64,000 nucleotides of DNA, from NCBI GenBank assembly GCA_964016885.1, contig OZ024743.1, positions 329,096,001 through 329,160,000 of the forward strand, read 5' to 3'. This document shows positions 39,273 to 49,579 of this stretch, one piece after another. The translations under genes were made by a program, and so were the position numbers. The stretch comes from Eledone cirrhosa (taxonomy: Eukaryota). The notes beneath the pieces were generated by a model. That model searched no databases. It saw only the letters and a program-made list of their open reading frames with translations, and was not told the origin of the DNA. Numbering within the stretch: position 1 is the stretch's first letter; every line of letters begins with the position of its first letter.

Positions 39273-42200
39273 ATGACCTCACTCAGAATAGGCAGCATAA
39301 ATGCGCGTGGCTTGGGGTCGTCATGGAAGCAGGGTCACCTGCTCAACGACCTCAGGTCACTAAACATAGATGTAGTGGCCATCAGCAAGACCAGAATCTC
39401 CGAAGCACGGGCCTTCGCACCGATCTTCGGCGGCTACGATGTGTACGCATCTCCCAGCCGTCCTGGATCGGGTGGAGGAGTTGCTGTGCTTTTTCGGAGA
39501 GGTTTGGATCTCGCCATACGGGCCATCTTCCTGGACCCAGAGGGTAAGCTGGTGGTGCTGGACGTGACCAGCGGAGACGGGCAAGCTTTCAGGCTAGTGG
39601 CCGTCTATGCCCCGACAGGAGCAGGGCGGCCTGATTTCTTCCGGCGTCTGGAGACCTTTCTTGGAACGTCCCGCTCTTTAGTGTTAGTGGGCGACTGGAA
39701 CGGGATCTTAGATGCACGCTGGGACTGTGTGGGATTAGCGGATAGGGGTGGAGGGTGCAAGAGCCTCACCAACCTGCTCAGGCGTTTTGAACTGTCTGAC
39801 AGGTACCGATTGGATTTCCCGAATGTGCCAATGTGGACTTGGACAAACCGCATAGGGTCATCCAGATCATATCTAGATAGAGTATTTTGTAGGGAAATAG
39901 ATAGGTCTAGCATAGGCTGTCCACAATTCAAGATAGTCAGCTACACGGACCACAAATTCGTGACCTGTGTGCTTGACTTAGATAGGCTTCATAGACGAGG
40001 ACCCGGCTACTGGAAGCTAAACGCGTCCTTACCAGCGCGCAAGGCCTACAGAGACCGGATTAGCGAACTAGTTAAGCGGGCGTTGACGGGGGCCATCGTC
40101 AACAACAAGTGGTGGTTTGCTCTGAAAAGAGCGATTAGAATAGAATCGATTAGGTTTAGTAAGGCTTTAGCAATAGAGAAAAATAGAGCAGAGGGAGAAC
40201 TAGTTAGAAAATTAGACGAGGCGCTTAGCAAAGGCATTGCGACCGACGTGCTTGCGGCGAAATTGGCCCTTGACCAATTCTTCAATGCAAAGCACGAAGG
40301 CTGCGTTGTCAGAGCTAGGGTGCGTGCTCTCAGACACGAGGGGACGAAAGCCGTTCAATGGGCCCGAGTGGCGGAGGCGCGTCGTGGCAACAAAGCCACG
40401 ATCCGGTCTTTGGTGGACCACGACGGGCGCATGCTACTCGATCCCGGGCAAATGTGTGAAGCTTTTCAGCGACACTTCGCTCAGCTGTTCGGGGGCAGCG
40501 GGGGGCCGGGTAGAGGGATGGACTTTAGTGTCTACCTCGACGGACTGCCGCGGCTCTCGGCCACTGAGGCGAAGTGTTGCGAAAAGCCGATAACAGCCGC
40601 TGAAGTACGGGAGGCAATGACTGGCTGCACAAGGGGTAAATCGCCTGGTTTGGATGGTCTGCCCTATGCACTTTACGTACAGATGCCAGACTTGTTCGGA
40701 GGCCTCTTGGCGGACGTCTACTGCAACTGGCAACAGAACGGGAGAATTCCCAGTTCTGTGAGCCGAGGAGCGGTGGCACTGCTGAGAAAGGATCCGAACA
40801 AGGGGGATAACATAGACAATTTCCGGCCCATAACTCTGCTAAACACAGAGTTTAAGATTTTGGCCAAGGTGCTAGCAAAGAGGTTGGCGCTTGTCGTTGG
40901 TGGTCTGGTGGGAGAGGCGCAGACATGCGCCATTCCCGACAGATCCATCCACGACAACCTCCACCTCATGCGATACATCGTAGAGAGGGTAGCTAGGGAA
41001 CCTGGCACGGGTGGGTCCTTGATCAATTTAGATCAGTCGAAAGCTTTCGATAGGGTCGACCATCGTTACCTAGCGGCAGTCCTGAGGGCGGCTGGCTTTG
41101 GGCCCGTCTTCAGAGGCTGGATCGCTACCATGCACAGCGACATCTGCTCTGTGGTGAGAGTGAACGGTCACCTGTCGGAACCGTTCAACATCATGCGCTC
41201 GGTCCGCCAAGGATGTCCCCTCTCGTCCCTCTTGTACGTATTGACTCTCGAGCCATTACTGCACAAACTGGAGACGTTGAGGGGGGTCCCGCGCGAACTA
41301 GGATGCGGAAGATCCGTATCAGCATATGCGGACGATGTCACCGTAGTGGTGTCGAACGCCAAACACATCGAGGCGATCGGCACTACACTAAGAGAATACG
41401 AAGCGGTGACAGGAGCAATGATCAACCAGGAAAAGTCAGTGGGCCTGCAGCTCGGCACCTGGAGAGGCAGGTCCATGCCGTCCAACAGCGTCGTCGGACG
41501 CTGGACGGACGGACCGGTTAAATTGCTAGGGGTCTGGTTCGGTCCGGACCTCCAGACGGACAAAAACTGGGACGAGGTGACAAGCAGGGTGGCTTCTCTT
41601 ACCCAGAAATGGGCCGAGAGGAAGCTATCCCTGAAAGGTCGAGCGGAGGTGGCTAACGCGTACATCGCGTCCGTCATCTGCTACCGCCTGACCGTCGTAC
41701 CTTGTCCTAAGCCTCCCCTGACTGTGCTGGAGCGTTTGCTCTTTCGCTTTTTGTGGAAGGGACGCGCTCCGATGGTCAGGCGGTCCATCTGTTGTCAACA
41801 CCCGCTACGTGGAGGGCTGGGCATGCCGTGGCTGATGATGCGCAGGCACGCACTCAGGCTACGACATCTCCACCTCTTCCTCGACGGTGATCAGGTGTGG
41901 TCGCCGTTTGCTAGACGCGTGTTTCCCCAGCTCGTTTCCTTGACGGAGCTGCAGTCCTGGGTCAAGCGAAGACCGAGAGGGAGCGCCTGGAGACTGGAAT
42001 GTCTTCAGGCGCTCACAGCCCTCGACCAATCGGGCAATGTGATCGGTGGAAACTCCACCTCGGCGTTCTATAGAGGATTAGTGGAGGGGAAGAGCGACGA
42101 CGTACTTGGGGAAACTCTAGGCGTCGACGAAAATCAACTAGCCAATCTCTTCGGAAGAACTTTCGGGCCAGGGCCTATGGACAACTTCCAGAAATCTCTG

Positions 42201-42692
42201 GCCTGGCAGTGCTACCGAGGAGCCTTGCCAGTTCGGGATAAACTCTACAGGCATGGAGGTGCCGTCAGCCGGGCATGTCCGAGATGCGCGCAGGGCGACG
42301 AAACCGTCCTGCACGCACTCGTCCAGTGTCCGAAAATTGCTGACTTGTGGGTTTATGTCGAACACCTGCTGTCGCGTTTAGGACGGATCCGGCTATCATC
42401 TGAGTCCATCGTGAGGATTGCCCCGCCCTCCTCCTTTAGCCGGGAAGGGCAGGCAGTTTTTATCTGTCTGGTGGCCATGGCGAAAGAGATAGTATGGTGG
42501 ACACGTTTGAAAGGGCTGAAGACGAGCACTTACCTCTTCGGTGATGCTCTGATTGACTTTTTCAAATTTCATTTGAAAAGGAAAATCAGAGTAGAGAAGG
42601 AAGTGCTCTCTTCCCAGCATTTTGTTGAAAGATGGGTGAGAGAAGCAAGAATGGCCCGAGTGAATGGGCCGACTCTGAGTATATATCTGTAA
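39273..42692 (+). CDS. Tx1-like ORF2: APE endonuclease, RT, C-terminal CCHC (1139 aa); E39K in endonuclease
   Basis: SINARGL, VYAP, GDWN, SYLDR, TDH; SPGLDG, FRPITLLN, LDQSKAFDRV, RQGCPLS, YADD; CPRC..H....C. Confidence 0.97.
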   Translation: MTSLRIGSINARGLGSSWKQGHLLNDLRSLNIDVVAISKTRISEARAFAPIFGGYDVYASPSRPGSGGGVAVLFRRGLDLAIRAIFLDPEGKLVVLDVTSGDGQAFRLVAVYAPTGAGRPDFFRRLETFLGTSRSLVLVGDWNGILDARWDCVGLADRGGGCKSLTNLLRRFELSDRYRLDFPNVPMWTWTNRIGSSRSYLDRVFCREIDRSSIGCPQFKIVSYTDHKFVTCVLDLDRLHRRGPGYWKLNASLPARKAYRDRISELVKRALTGAIVNNKWWFALKRAIRIESIRFSKALAIEKNRAEGELVRKLDEALSKGIATDVLAAKLALDQFFNAKHEGCVVRARVRALRHEGTKAVQWARVAEARRGNKATIRSLVDHDGRMLLDPGQMCEAFQRHFAQLFGGSGGPGRGMDFSVYLDGLPRLSATEAKCCEKPITAAEVREAMTGCTRGKSPGLDGLPYALYVQMPDLFGGLLADVYCNWQQNGRIPSSVSRGAVALLRKDPNKGDNIDNFRPITLLNTEFKILAKVLAKRLALVVGGLVGEAQTCAIPDRSIHDNLHLMRYIVERVAREPGTGGSLINLDQSKAFDRVDHRYLAAVLRAAGFGPVFRGWIATMHSDICSVVRVNGHLSEPFNIMRSVRQGCPLSSLLYVLTLEPLLHKLETLRGVPRELGCGRSVSAYADDVTVVVSNAKHIEAIGTTLREYEAVTGAMINQEKSVGLQLGTWRGRSMPSNSVVGRWTDGPVKLLGVWFGPDLQTDKNWDEVTSRVASLTQKWAERKLSLKGRAEVANAYIASVICYRLTVVPCPKPPLTVLERLLFRFLWKGRAPMVRRSICCQHPLRGGLGMPWLMMRRHALRLRHLHLFLDGDQVWSPFARRVFPQLVSLTELQSWVKRRPRGSAWRLECLQALTALDQSGNVIGGNSTSAFYRGLVEGKSDDVLGETLGVDENQLANLFGRTFGPGPMDNFQKSLAWQCYRGALPVRDKLYRHGGAVSRACPRCAQGDETVLHALVQCPKIADLWVYVEHLLSRLGRIRLSSESIVRIAPPSSFSREGQAVFICLVAMAKEIVWWTRLKGLKTSTYLFGDALIDFFKFHLKRKIRVEKEVLSSQHFVERWVREARMARVNGPTLSIYL

Positions 42693-43188
42693 ACTAAAGG
42701 TGGAAAACTGGGAGAGGGCACTTGCCTTGGTGGTCAGGGTCATTGTGGCTTTTTACTGGGCTTTCTCCACAAATGTCCTTCCGAAGTCTCCCCCCTATTG
42801 GGGAATTTTTCATTGTTATTTTCATTGTTATTTTTGTTACATCCTCTGTTTTTGTTTTTTTACACGCAGAAATGCCCATTTGTACCGTCCTGCATTGTCC
42901 TGCACTGTCCTTAATGTCTACTTTATGTAAACCCTTGTGGTTAATAAAGAAATCATTATTATTATTATTATTATTGAATGCCATGGTTGACGGAGGCTCG
43001 GCTCTGTAAGGTATAGTAATTTTTAACCGTTAAAACAATTGTAAATTGTTTAAAACTTGAACCAAATTGTTGATAAAGACACCCTCCTCCTCGTGAGAGG
43101 GGTCTTTCTGTCCGTTATTTGGCCCTTCGGGGTTAAATAACCAGTTATTGGGGTTTTGTACCCAAAATTTCATTTTAAACAAAAAAAC

Positions 43189-45285
43189 ATGGCTACCAAA
43201 AAGAAATTTCATACGTCACTCCCACTCATTCCGTCTTCTTCTTCCTCAATCATCACTACAGCAGAGAGAAGATTGTCTCTCTCCCTCCCTTCTTTAAATG
43301 TGTCTCTCTCCCTCCCTTCTCTTTCGCAAGCGATGAAAGAAAAGAAAAGTCTCGTGCAAAGCGTGCAAGGTTTCTCCACGACGACGACAACAGCGACGAA
43401 ACAGGTGTGCGGGAAATACGAAAACCCAGTTCATTCGTCTGACGTCAGGAATAATAGCAGTAGCAGCCGTAATAACAACAGCAACAGTGACAATGAAAAC
43501 AACAGTAGCAGCCGCAACAGCATCACCAGCAGCATAAACAACAACAGCATTAGCAGCAGCAACACCAACAACAACCACAGCAACAGCGGCGGAGGCAGTA
43601 GTCGTAGTACCTGCAGCAACAACAAAAGTACCAGCAGCTCTGACGACAACAACAACAGCAGAGAAAAACCAATCTCATTTGCAGGTATTGCGAAAAACTT
43701 GGAAACAATCCTCATAACAAATGAGGAATTAGAGGAAGCGAAGAAGATGGTGACAAAGAACGGACACCGAGCAATCTGCAAGGCAGCGAAAAATTTTTTC
43801 GAAACTCAAGAGCACTGTACGGTCACGTACCGTACAGTAAGTACAAAATCCCGTAGGGTGGAAAGAGCCACAGAGGCCCAAATACAAAAAGCCTTGGGGT
43901 CTGTGTGGCAGAGGAAAACGCACATCACCCGAGGCAAAAAATATGCCACCGTAGACGTACTTTTTGCCACACCCCAGGAGGCAAAGGCCCAATCAGTAGT
44001 GACCCTAAGGAGCGAGGAAATGGTGTTGGTGCCCTCCTACTGTGGGCAAAAAATTGTGAGGGTCAAACTGACCCACGTCCCCCCCGGAATGACCCCTTCT
44101 TGGCTGGCCGCGTCTGTCCTCGTCGGAATCGAGGACAAAACAACTGTACTGCAAGTACAGAAAAAAGTAAGAGAAGATTGGGTCGGCTCCTCCATTGAGA
44201 TGCTAATCCAAACCAACCAGGAGTGCATCGAAGCTATCCCGGATGTGATAGACTTCGATAACGGCACTCAACTGCCCATAAGTGTTGAGGGCAAACGCCC
44301 GAAATGCTTTCGCTGTGGATCGAAGACTCACCTCAGGGCCTTCTGCAACGAGAAGACCCTGAGAAAGGAGAAAACCCCCCTCCTTCCGAATCCGGCTCCA
44401 CGGCTACCAGCAACAGGACAAGCGGCAACCAGGAACGATAGGCCCGTGGCACCCATACCCACTCCACGGAAATCAAAAACAGCAGCAGCAGTGGAAATAC
44501 TAACAACAACAACAGCAATACCAAATGCAGCTGCAACAGAGACTCCAGTGCAAACCTCACCAACAACAACAAGTGAAAGAGTGGAGCTGGTACCCCTCCC
44601 CGACCTCACAGAATCAGACATGGAGTGTGAGGTGGAAGAGGGATGGCAAAAGGTCGTAAGAAGGCACAAACGCAGAAGCAGCGCATCGTCGCCTTTGAAA
44701 AGGGAGGAAAGAAATGAGAAAAGGGTAAAGTCTACTGCAAAGAGACCCACAGCAGCAACAACACCAACACCATCACCACCCACACTAGCGCCACCATCAC
44801 CACCGGCGACAACCCCACCGCCAACAACACCTTCAACACCACCACCACAAGCACCAACATCGCAAACACAACAACAAAACACACACACCCAGCAACAACG
44901 ACAAGAAAATAGCAGAACCACACCCCACCCCCAGAAAAACAAATGCACGGCAATAAACACACACAACAAGAAACTAATGACTTACATAATTGAACACACA
45001 GACATTTCACAACAGGACTACATAATACCAGCACCAATCAAAACGCCAACTAACATAAGACTGCTAAAAATAGCACAGAAACAATACACAAACATTAAAA
45101 CGAAATTCCCCAACGCAGTTGGTGATTTCAGGGACCTAGGAGGAACCATTAATCGAAGAGTATATTCAGACATTCTCTTAGAAGAGCCGACGACCAGCCG
45201 AAGGGACGATTCAACGGTCCCTTCACCAGACGATCAAGTGAAAAGGGATGTAAAAACCATCCCTCCTCTACCAAAAATACGGTAA
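43189..45285 (+). CDS. Tx1-like ORF1 (698 aa)
   Basis: As copy 1, with one extra Asn codon and about 9 substitutions. Confidence 0.9.
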   Translation: MATKKKFHTSLPLIPSSSSSIITTAERRLSLSLPSLNVSLSLPSLSQAMKEKKSLVQSVQGFSTTTTTATKQVCGKYENPVHSSDVRNNSSSSRNNNSNSDNENNSSSRNSITSSINNNSISSSNTNNNHSNSGGGSSRSTCSNNKSTSSSDDNNNSREKPISFAGIAKNLETILITNEELEEAKKMVTKNGHRAICKAAKNFFETQEHCTVTYRTVSTKSRRVERATEAQIQKALGSVWQRKTHITRGKKYATVDVLFATPQEAKAQSVVTLRSEEMVLVPSYCGQKIVRVKLTHVPPGMTPSWLAASVLVGIEDKTTVLQVQKKVREDWVGSSIEMLIQTNQECIEAIPDVIDFDNGTQLPISVEGKRPKCFRCGSKTHLRAFCNEKTLRKEKTPLLPNPAPRLPATGQAATRNDRPVAPIPTPRKSKTAAAVEILTTTTAIPNAAATETPVQTSPTTTSERVELVPLPDLTESDMECEVEEGWQKVVRRHKRRSSASSPLKREERNEKRVKSTAKRPTAATTPTPSPPTLAPPSPPATTPPPTTPSTPPPQAPTSQTQQQNTHTQQQRQENSRTTPHPQKNKCTAINTHNKKLMTYIIEHTDISQQDYIIPAPIKTPTNIRLLKIAQKQYTNIKTKFPNAVGDFRDLGGTINRRVYSDILLEEPTTSRRDDSTVPSPDDQVKRDVKTIPPLPKIR

Positions 45286-45320
45286 GTGGTCTTTCCCATC
45301 TTTTCCACTCTATTTTAAAC

Positions 45321-48300
45321 ATGACCTCACTCAGAATAGGCAGCATAAATGCGCGTGGCTTGGGGTCGTCATGGAAGCAGGGTCACCTGCTCAACGACCT
45401 CAGGTCACTAAACATAGATGTAGTGGCCATCAGCGAGACCAGAATCTCCGAAGCACGGGCCTTCGCACCGATCTTCGGCGGCTACGATGTGTACGCATCT
45501 CCCAGCCGTCCTGGATCCGGTGGAGGAGTTGCTGTACTTTTTCGGAGAGGTTTGGATCTCGCCATACGGGCCATCTTCCTGGACCCAGAGGGTAAGCTGG
45601 TGGTGCTGGACGTGACCAGCGGAGACGGGCAATCTTTCAGGCTAGTGGCCGTCTATGCCCCGACAGGAGCAGGGCGGCCTGATTTCTTCCGGCGTCTGGA
45701 GACCTTTCTTGGAACGTCCCGCTCTTTAGTGTTAGTGGGCGACTGGAACGGGATCTTAGATGCACGCTGGGACTGTGTGGGATTAGCGGATAGGGGTGGA
45801 GGGTGCAAGAGCCTCACCAACCTGCTCAGGCGTTTTGAACTGTCTGACAGGTACCGATTGGATTTCCCGAATGTGCCAATGTGGACTTGGACAAACCGCA
45901 TAGGGTCATCCAGATCATATCTAGATAGAGTATTTTGTAGGGAAATAGATAGGTCTAGCATAGGCTGTCCACAATTCAAGATAGTCAGCTACACGGACCA
46001 CAAATTCGTGACCTGTGTGCTTGACTTAGATAGGCTTCATAGACGAGGACCCGGCTACTGGAAGCTAAACGCGTCCTTACCAGCGCGCAAGGCCTACAGA
46101 GACCGGATTAGCGAACTAGTTAAGCGGGCGTTGACGGGGGCAATCGTCAACAACAAGTGGTGGTTTGCTCTGAAAAGAGCGATTAGAATAGAATCGATTA
46201 GGTTTAGTAAGGCTTTAGCAATAGAGAAAAATAGAGCAGAGGGAGAACTAGTTAGAAAATTAGACGAGGCGCTTAGCAAAGGCATTGCGACCGACGTGCT
46301 TGCGGCGAAATTGGCCCTTGACCAATTCTTCAATGCAAAGCACGAAGGCTGCGTTGTCAGAGCTAGGGTGCGTGCTCTCAGACACGAGGGGACGAAAGCC
46401 GTTCAATGGGCCCGAGTGGCGGAGGCGCGTCGTGGCAACAAAGCCACGATCCGGTCTTTGGTGGACCACGACGGGCGCATGCTACTCGATCCCGGGCAAA
46501 TGTGTGAAGCTTTTCAGCGACACTTCGCTCAGCTGTTCGGGGGCAGCGGGGGGCCGGGTAGAGGGATGGACTTTAGTGTCTACCTCGACGGGCTGCCGCG
46601 GCTCTCGGCCACTGAGGCGAGGTGTTGCGAAAAGCCGATAACAGCCGCTGAAGTACGGGAGGCAATGACTGGCTGCACAAGGGGTAAATCGCCTGGTTTG
46701 GATGGTCTGCCCTATGAACTTTACGTACAGATGCCAGACTTGTTCGGAGGCCTCTTGGCGGACGTCTACTGCAACTGGCAACAGAACGGGAGAATTCCCA
46801 GTTCTGTGAGCCGAGGAGCGGTGGCACTGCTGAGAAAGGATCCGAACAAGGGGGATAACATAGACAATTTCCGGCCCATAACTCTGCTAAACACAGAGTT
46901 TAAGATTTTGGCCAAGGTGCTAGCAAAGAGGTTGGCGCTTGTCGTTGGTGGTCTGGTGGGAGAGGCGCAGACATGCGCCATTCCCGACAGATCCATCCAC
47001 GACAACCTCCACCTCATGCGATACATCGTAGAGAGGGTAGCTAGGGAACCTGGCACGGGTGGGTCCTTGATCAATTTAGATCAGTCGAAAGCTTTCGATA
47101 GGGTCGACCATCGTTACCTAGCGGCAGTCCTGAGGGCGGCTGGCTTTGGGCCCGTCTTCAGAGGCTGGATCGCTGCCATGCACAGCGACATCTGCTCTGT
47201 GGTGAGAGTGAACGGTCACCTGTCGGAACCGTTCAACATCATGCGCTCAGTCCGCCAAGGATGTCCCCTCTCGTCCCTCTTGTACGTATTGACTCTCGAG
47301 CCATTACTGCACAAACTGGAGACGTTGAGGGGAGTCCCGCGCGAACTAGGATGCGGAAGATCCGTGTCAGCATATGCGGACGATGTCACCGTAGTGGTGT
47401 CGAACGCCAAACACATCGAGGCGATCGGCACTACACTAAGAGAATACGAAGCGGTGACAGGAGCAATGATCAACCAGGAAAAGTCAGTGGGCCTGCAGCT
47501 CGGCACCTGGAGAGGCAGGTCCATGCCGTCCAACAGCGTCGTCGGGCGCTGGACGGACGGACCGGTTAAATTGCTAGGGGTCTGGTTCGGTCCGGACCTC
47601 CAGACGGACAAAAACTGGGACGAGGTGACGAGCAGGGTGGCTTCTCTCACCCAGAAATGGGCGGAGAGGAAGCTATCCCTGAAAGGTCGAGCGGAGGTGG
47701 CTAACGCGTACATCGCGTCTGTCATCTGCTACCGCCTAACCGTCGTACCTTGTCCTAAGCCTCGCCTGACTGCGCTGGAGCGTTTGCTCTTTCGCTTTTT
47801 GTGGAAGGGACGTGCTCCGATGGTCAGGCGGTCCATCTGTTGTCAACACCCGCTACGTGGAGGGCTGGGCATGCCGTGGCTGATGATGCGCAGGCACGCG
47901 CTCAGGCTACGACATCTCCACCTCTTCCTCGACGGTGATCAGGTGTGGTCGCCGTTTGCTAGACGCGTTTTTCCCCAGCTCGTTTCCTTGACGGAGCTGC
48001 AGTCCTGGGTCAAGCGAAGACCGAGAGGGAGCGCCTGGAGACTGGAATGTCTTCAGGCGCTCACAGCCCTCGACCAATCGGGCAATGTGATCGGTGGAAA
48101 CTCCACCTCGGCGTTCTATAGAGGATTAGTGGAGGGGAAGAGCGACGACGTACTTGGGGAAACTCTAGGCGTCGACGAAAATCAACTAGCCAATCTCTTC
48201 GGAAGAACTTTCGGGCCAGGGCCTATGGACAACTTCCAGAAATCTCTGGCCTGGCAGTGCTACCGAGGAGCCTTGCCAGTTCGGGATAAACTCTACAGGC

Positions 48301-48740
48301 ATGGAGGTGCCGTCAGCCGGGCATGTCCGAGATGCGCGCAGGGCGACGAAACCGTCCTGCACGCACTCGTCCAGTATCCGAAAATTGCTGACTTGTGGGT
48401 TTATGTCGAACACCTGCTGTCGCGTTTAGGACGGATCCAGCTATCATCTGAGTCCATCGTGAGGATTGCCCCGCCCTCCTCCTTTAGCCGGGAAGGGCAG
48501 GCAGTTTTTATCTGTCTGGTGGCCATGGCGAAAGAGATAGTATGGTGGACACGTTTGAAAGGGCTGAAGACGAGCACTTACCTCTTCGGTGATGCTCTGA
48601 TTGACTTTTTCAAATTTCATTTGAAAAGGAAAATCAGAGTAGAGAAGGAAGTGCTCTCTTCCCAGCATTTTGTTGAAAGATGGGTGAGAGAAGCAAGAAT
48701 GGCCCGAGTGAATGGGCCGACTCTGAGTATATATCTGTAA
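45321..48740 (+). CDS. Tx1-like ORF2 (1139 aa); intact SET motif, C1019Y in CCHC
   Basis: Same motifs as copy 1; VAISETR; CPRC..HALVQY. Confidence 0.97.
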   Translation: MTSLRIGSINARGLGSSWKQGHLLNDLRSLNIDVVAISETRISEARAFAPIFGGYDVYASPSRPGSGGGVAVLFRRGLDLAIRAIFLDPEGKLVVLDVTSGDGQSFRLVAVYAPTGAGRPDFFRRLETFLGTSRSLVLVGDWNGILDARWDCVGLADRGGGCKSLTNLLRRFELSDRYRLDFPNVPMWTWTNRIGSSRSYLDRVFCREIDRSSIGCPQFKIVSYTDHKFVTCVLDLDRLHRRGPGYWKLNASLPARKAYRDRISELVKRALTGAIVNNKWWFALKRAIRIESIRFSKALAIEKNRAEGELVRKLDEALSKGIATDVLAAKLALDQFFNAKHEGCVVRARVRALRHEGTKAVQWARVAEARRGNKATIRSLVDHDGRMLLDPGQMCEAFQRHFAQLFGGSGGPGRGMDFSVYLDGLPRLSATEARCCEKPITAAEVREAMTGCTRGKSPGLDGLPYELYVQMPDLFGGLLADVYCNWQQNGRIPSSVSRGAVALLRKDPNKGDNIDNFRPITLLNTEFKILAKVLAKRLALVVGGLVGEAQTCAIPDRSIHDNLHLMRYIVERVAREPGTGGSLINLDQSKAFDRVDHRYLAAVLRAAGFGPVFRGWIAAMHSDICSVVRVNGHLSEPFNIMRSVRQGCPLSSLLYVLTLEPLLHKLETLRGVPRELGCGRSVSAYADDVTVVVSNAKHIEAIGTTLREYEAVTGAMINQEKSVGLQLGTWRGRSMPSNSVVGRWTDGPVKLLGVWFGPDLQTDKNWDEVTSRVASLTQKWAERKLSLKGRAEVANAYIASVICYRLTVVPCPKPRLTALERLLFRFLWKGRAPMVRRSICCQHPLRGGLGMPWLMMRRHALRLRHLHLFLDGDQVWSPFARRVFPQLVSLTELQSWVKRRPRGSAWRLECLQALTALDQSGNVIGGNSTSAFYRGLVEGKSDDVLGETLGVDENQLANLFGRTFGPGPMDNFQKSLAWQCYRGALPVRDKLYRHGGAVSRACPRCAQGDETVLHALVQYPKIADLWVYVEHLLSRLGRIQLSSESIVRIAPPSSFSREGQAVFICLVAMAKEIVWWTRLKGLKTSTYLFGDALIDFFKFHLKRKIRVEKEVLSSQHFVERWVREARMARVNGPTLSIYL

Positions 48741-49004
48741 ACTAAAGGTGGAAAACTGGGAGAGGGCACTTGCCTTGGTGGTCAGGGTCATTGTGGCTTT
48801 TTACTGGGCTTTCTCCACAAATGTCCCTCCGAAGTCTCCCCCCTATTGGGGAATTTTTCATTGTTATTTTCATTGTTATTTTTGTTACATCCTCTATTTT
48901 TGTTTTTTTTTTTACACGCAGAAATGCCCATTTGTACCGTCCTGCATTGTCCTGCACTGTCCTTAATGTCTACTTTATGTAAACCCTTGTGGTTAATAAA
49001 GAAA

Positions 49005-49048
<44 letters not shown>

Positions 49049-49237
49049 GCGGTGGATTGGCAGTATCAGTAGAGGGTCGGACGCCTTGCTTTGACGCAAA
49101 GAGTTATGTCCTTTTACGATCTGAGTTCAAATCCTGCTGAGGTTAACTTTGCCTTTCAATCTTACGAGGTCGATAAAATAAAGTACCAGTAATGTACTAG
49201 TAAATTGTTGGCCTTGTGCCAAAAGTAGAAACAATTA
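49049..49237 (+). mobile_element. tRNA-derived SINE, family A
   Basis: GCGGTGGATTGGCAGTATCAGTAGAGGG, GAGTTCAAATCC, GTCGATAAAATAAAGTACCAG; other partial copies at 28062-28147, 29259-29356, 51260-51395. Confidence 0.88.
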
Positions 49238-49529
49238 TTTTCTATTTTACTATTTCTTTCCTTTCTCTATTTTTTCTCTTCTGGCTAACCCTAATCCTAA
49301 CCCTAACCCTTACACACTCTATATTTGTGTAATTTACCTAAAGGCATAACTTGTCTCTACCTATTTTGTTATATCCCAGTGTGTACTGGAATGAATGGTA
49401 TCGACATTGGTTGTTTCCAGAGATTGATTGACAAGAAGGGACTGTCGGACATTCCATGGTTTTTCCGTTGACTTCGTTCTGAGCGCCACCTATTTTGAAC
49501 ACACACACACACACACACACACAGACTGA

Positions 49530-49579
<50 letters not shown>

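Larger units (their letters stand above)
36932..42954 (+). mobile_element. Full-length L1/Tx1-clade non-LTR retrotransposon, copy 1
   Basis: 213-bp 5' UTR, ORF1, 34-bp spacer, ORF2, 3' UTR with AATAAA; (ATT)7 on both sides. Confidence 0.95.
42976..49006 (+). mobile_element. Full-length L1/Tx1-clade retrotransposon, copy 2 (head-to-tail with copy 1)
   Basis: Same termini (GAATGCC...AAAGAAATC); ~99% identity by eye; followed by (ATT)14. Confidence 0.95.

Noticed and set aside
37250-48413. Antisense and alternate-frame ORFs in the Tx1 copies, including poly-Leu ORFs
   Set aside because: Shadows of AGC/AAC-rich or GC-rich coding sequence; no motifs, mostly non-ATG starts.
49285-49310. Telomere-like (CTAACC) x4
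   Set aside because: Too short and imperfect to indicate a telomere or fusion site.
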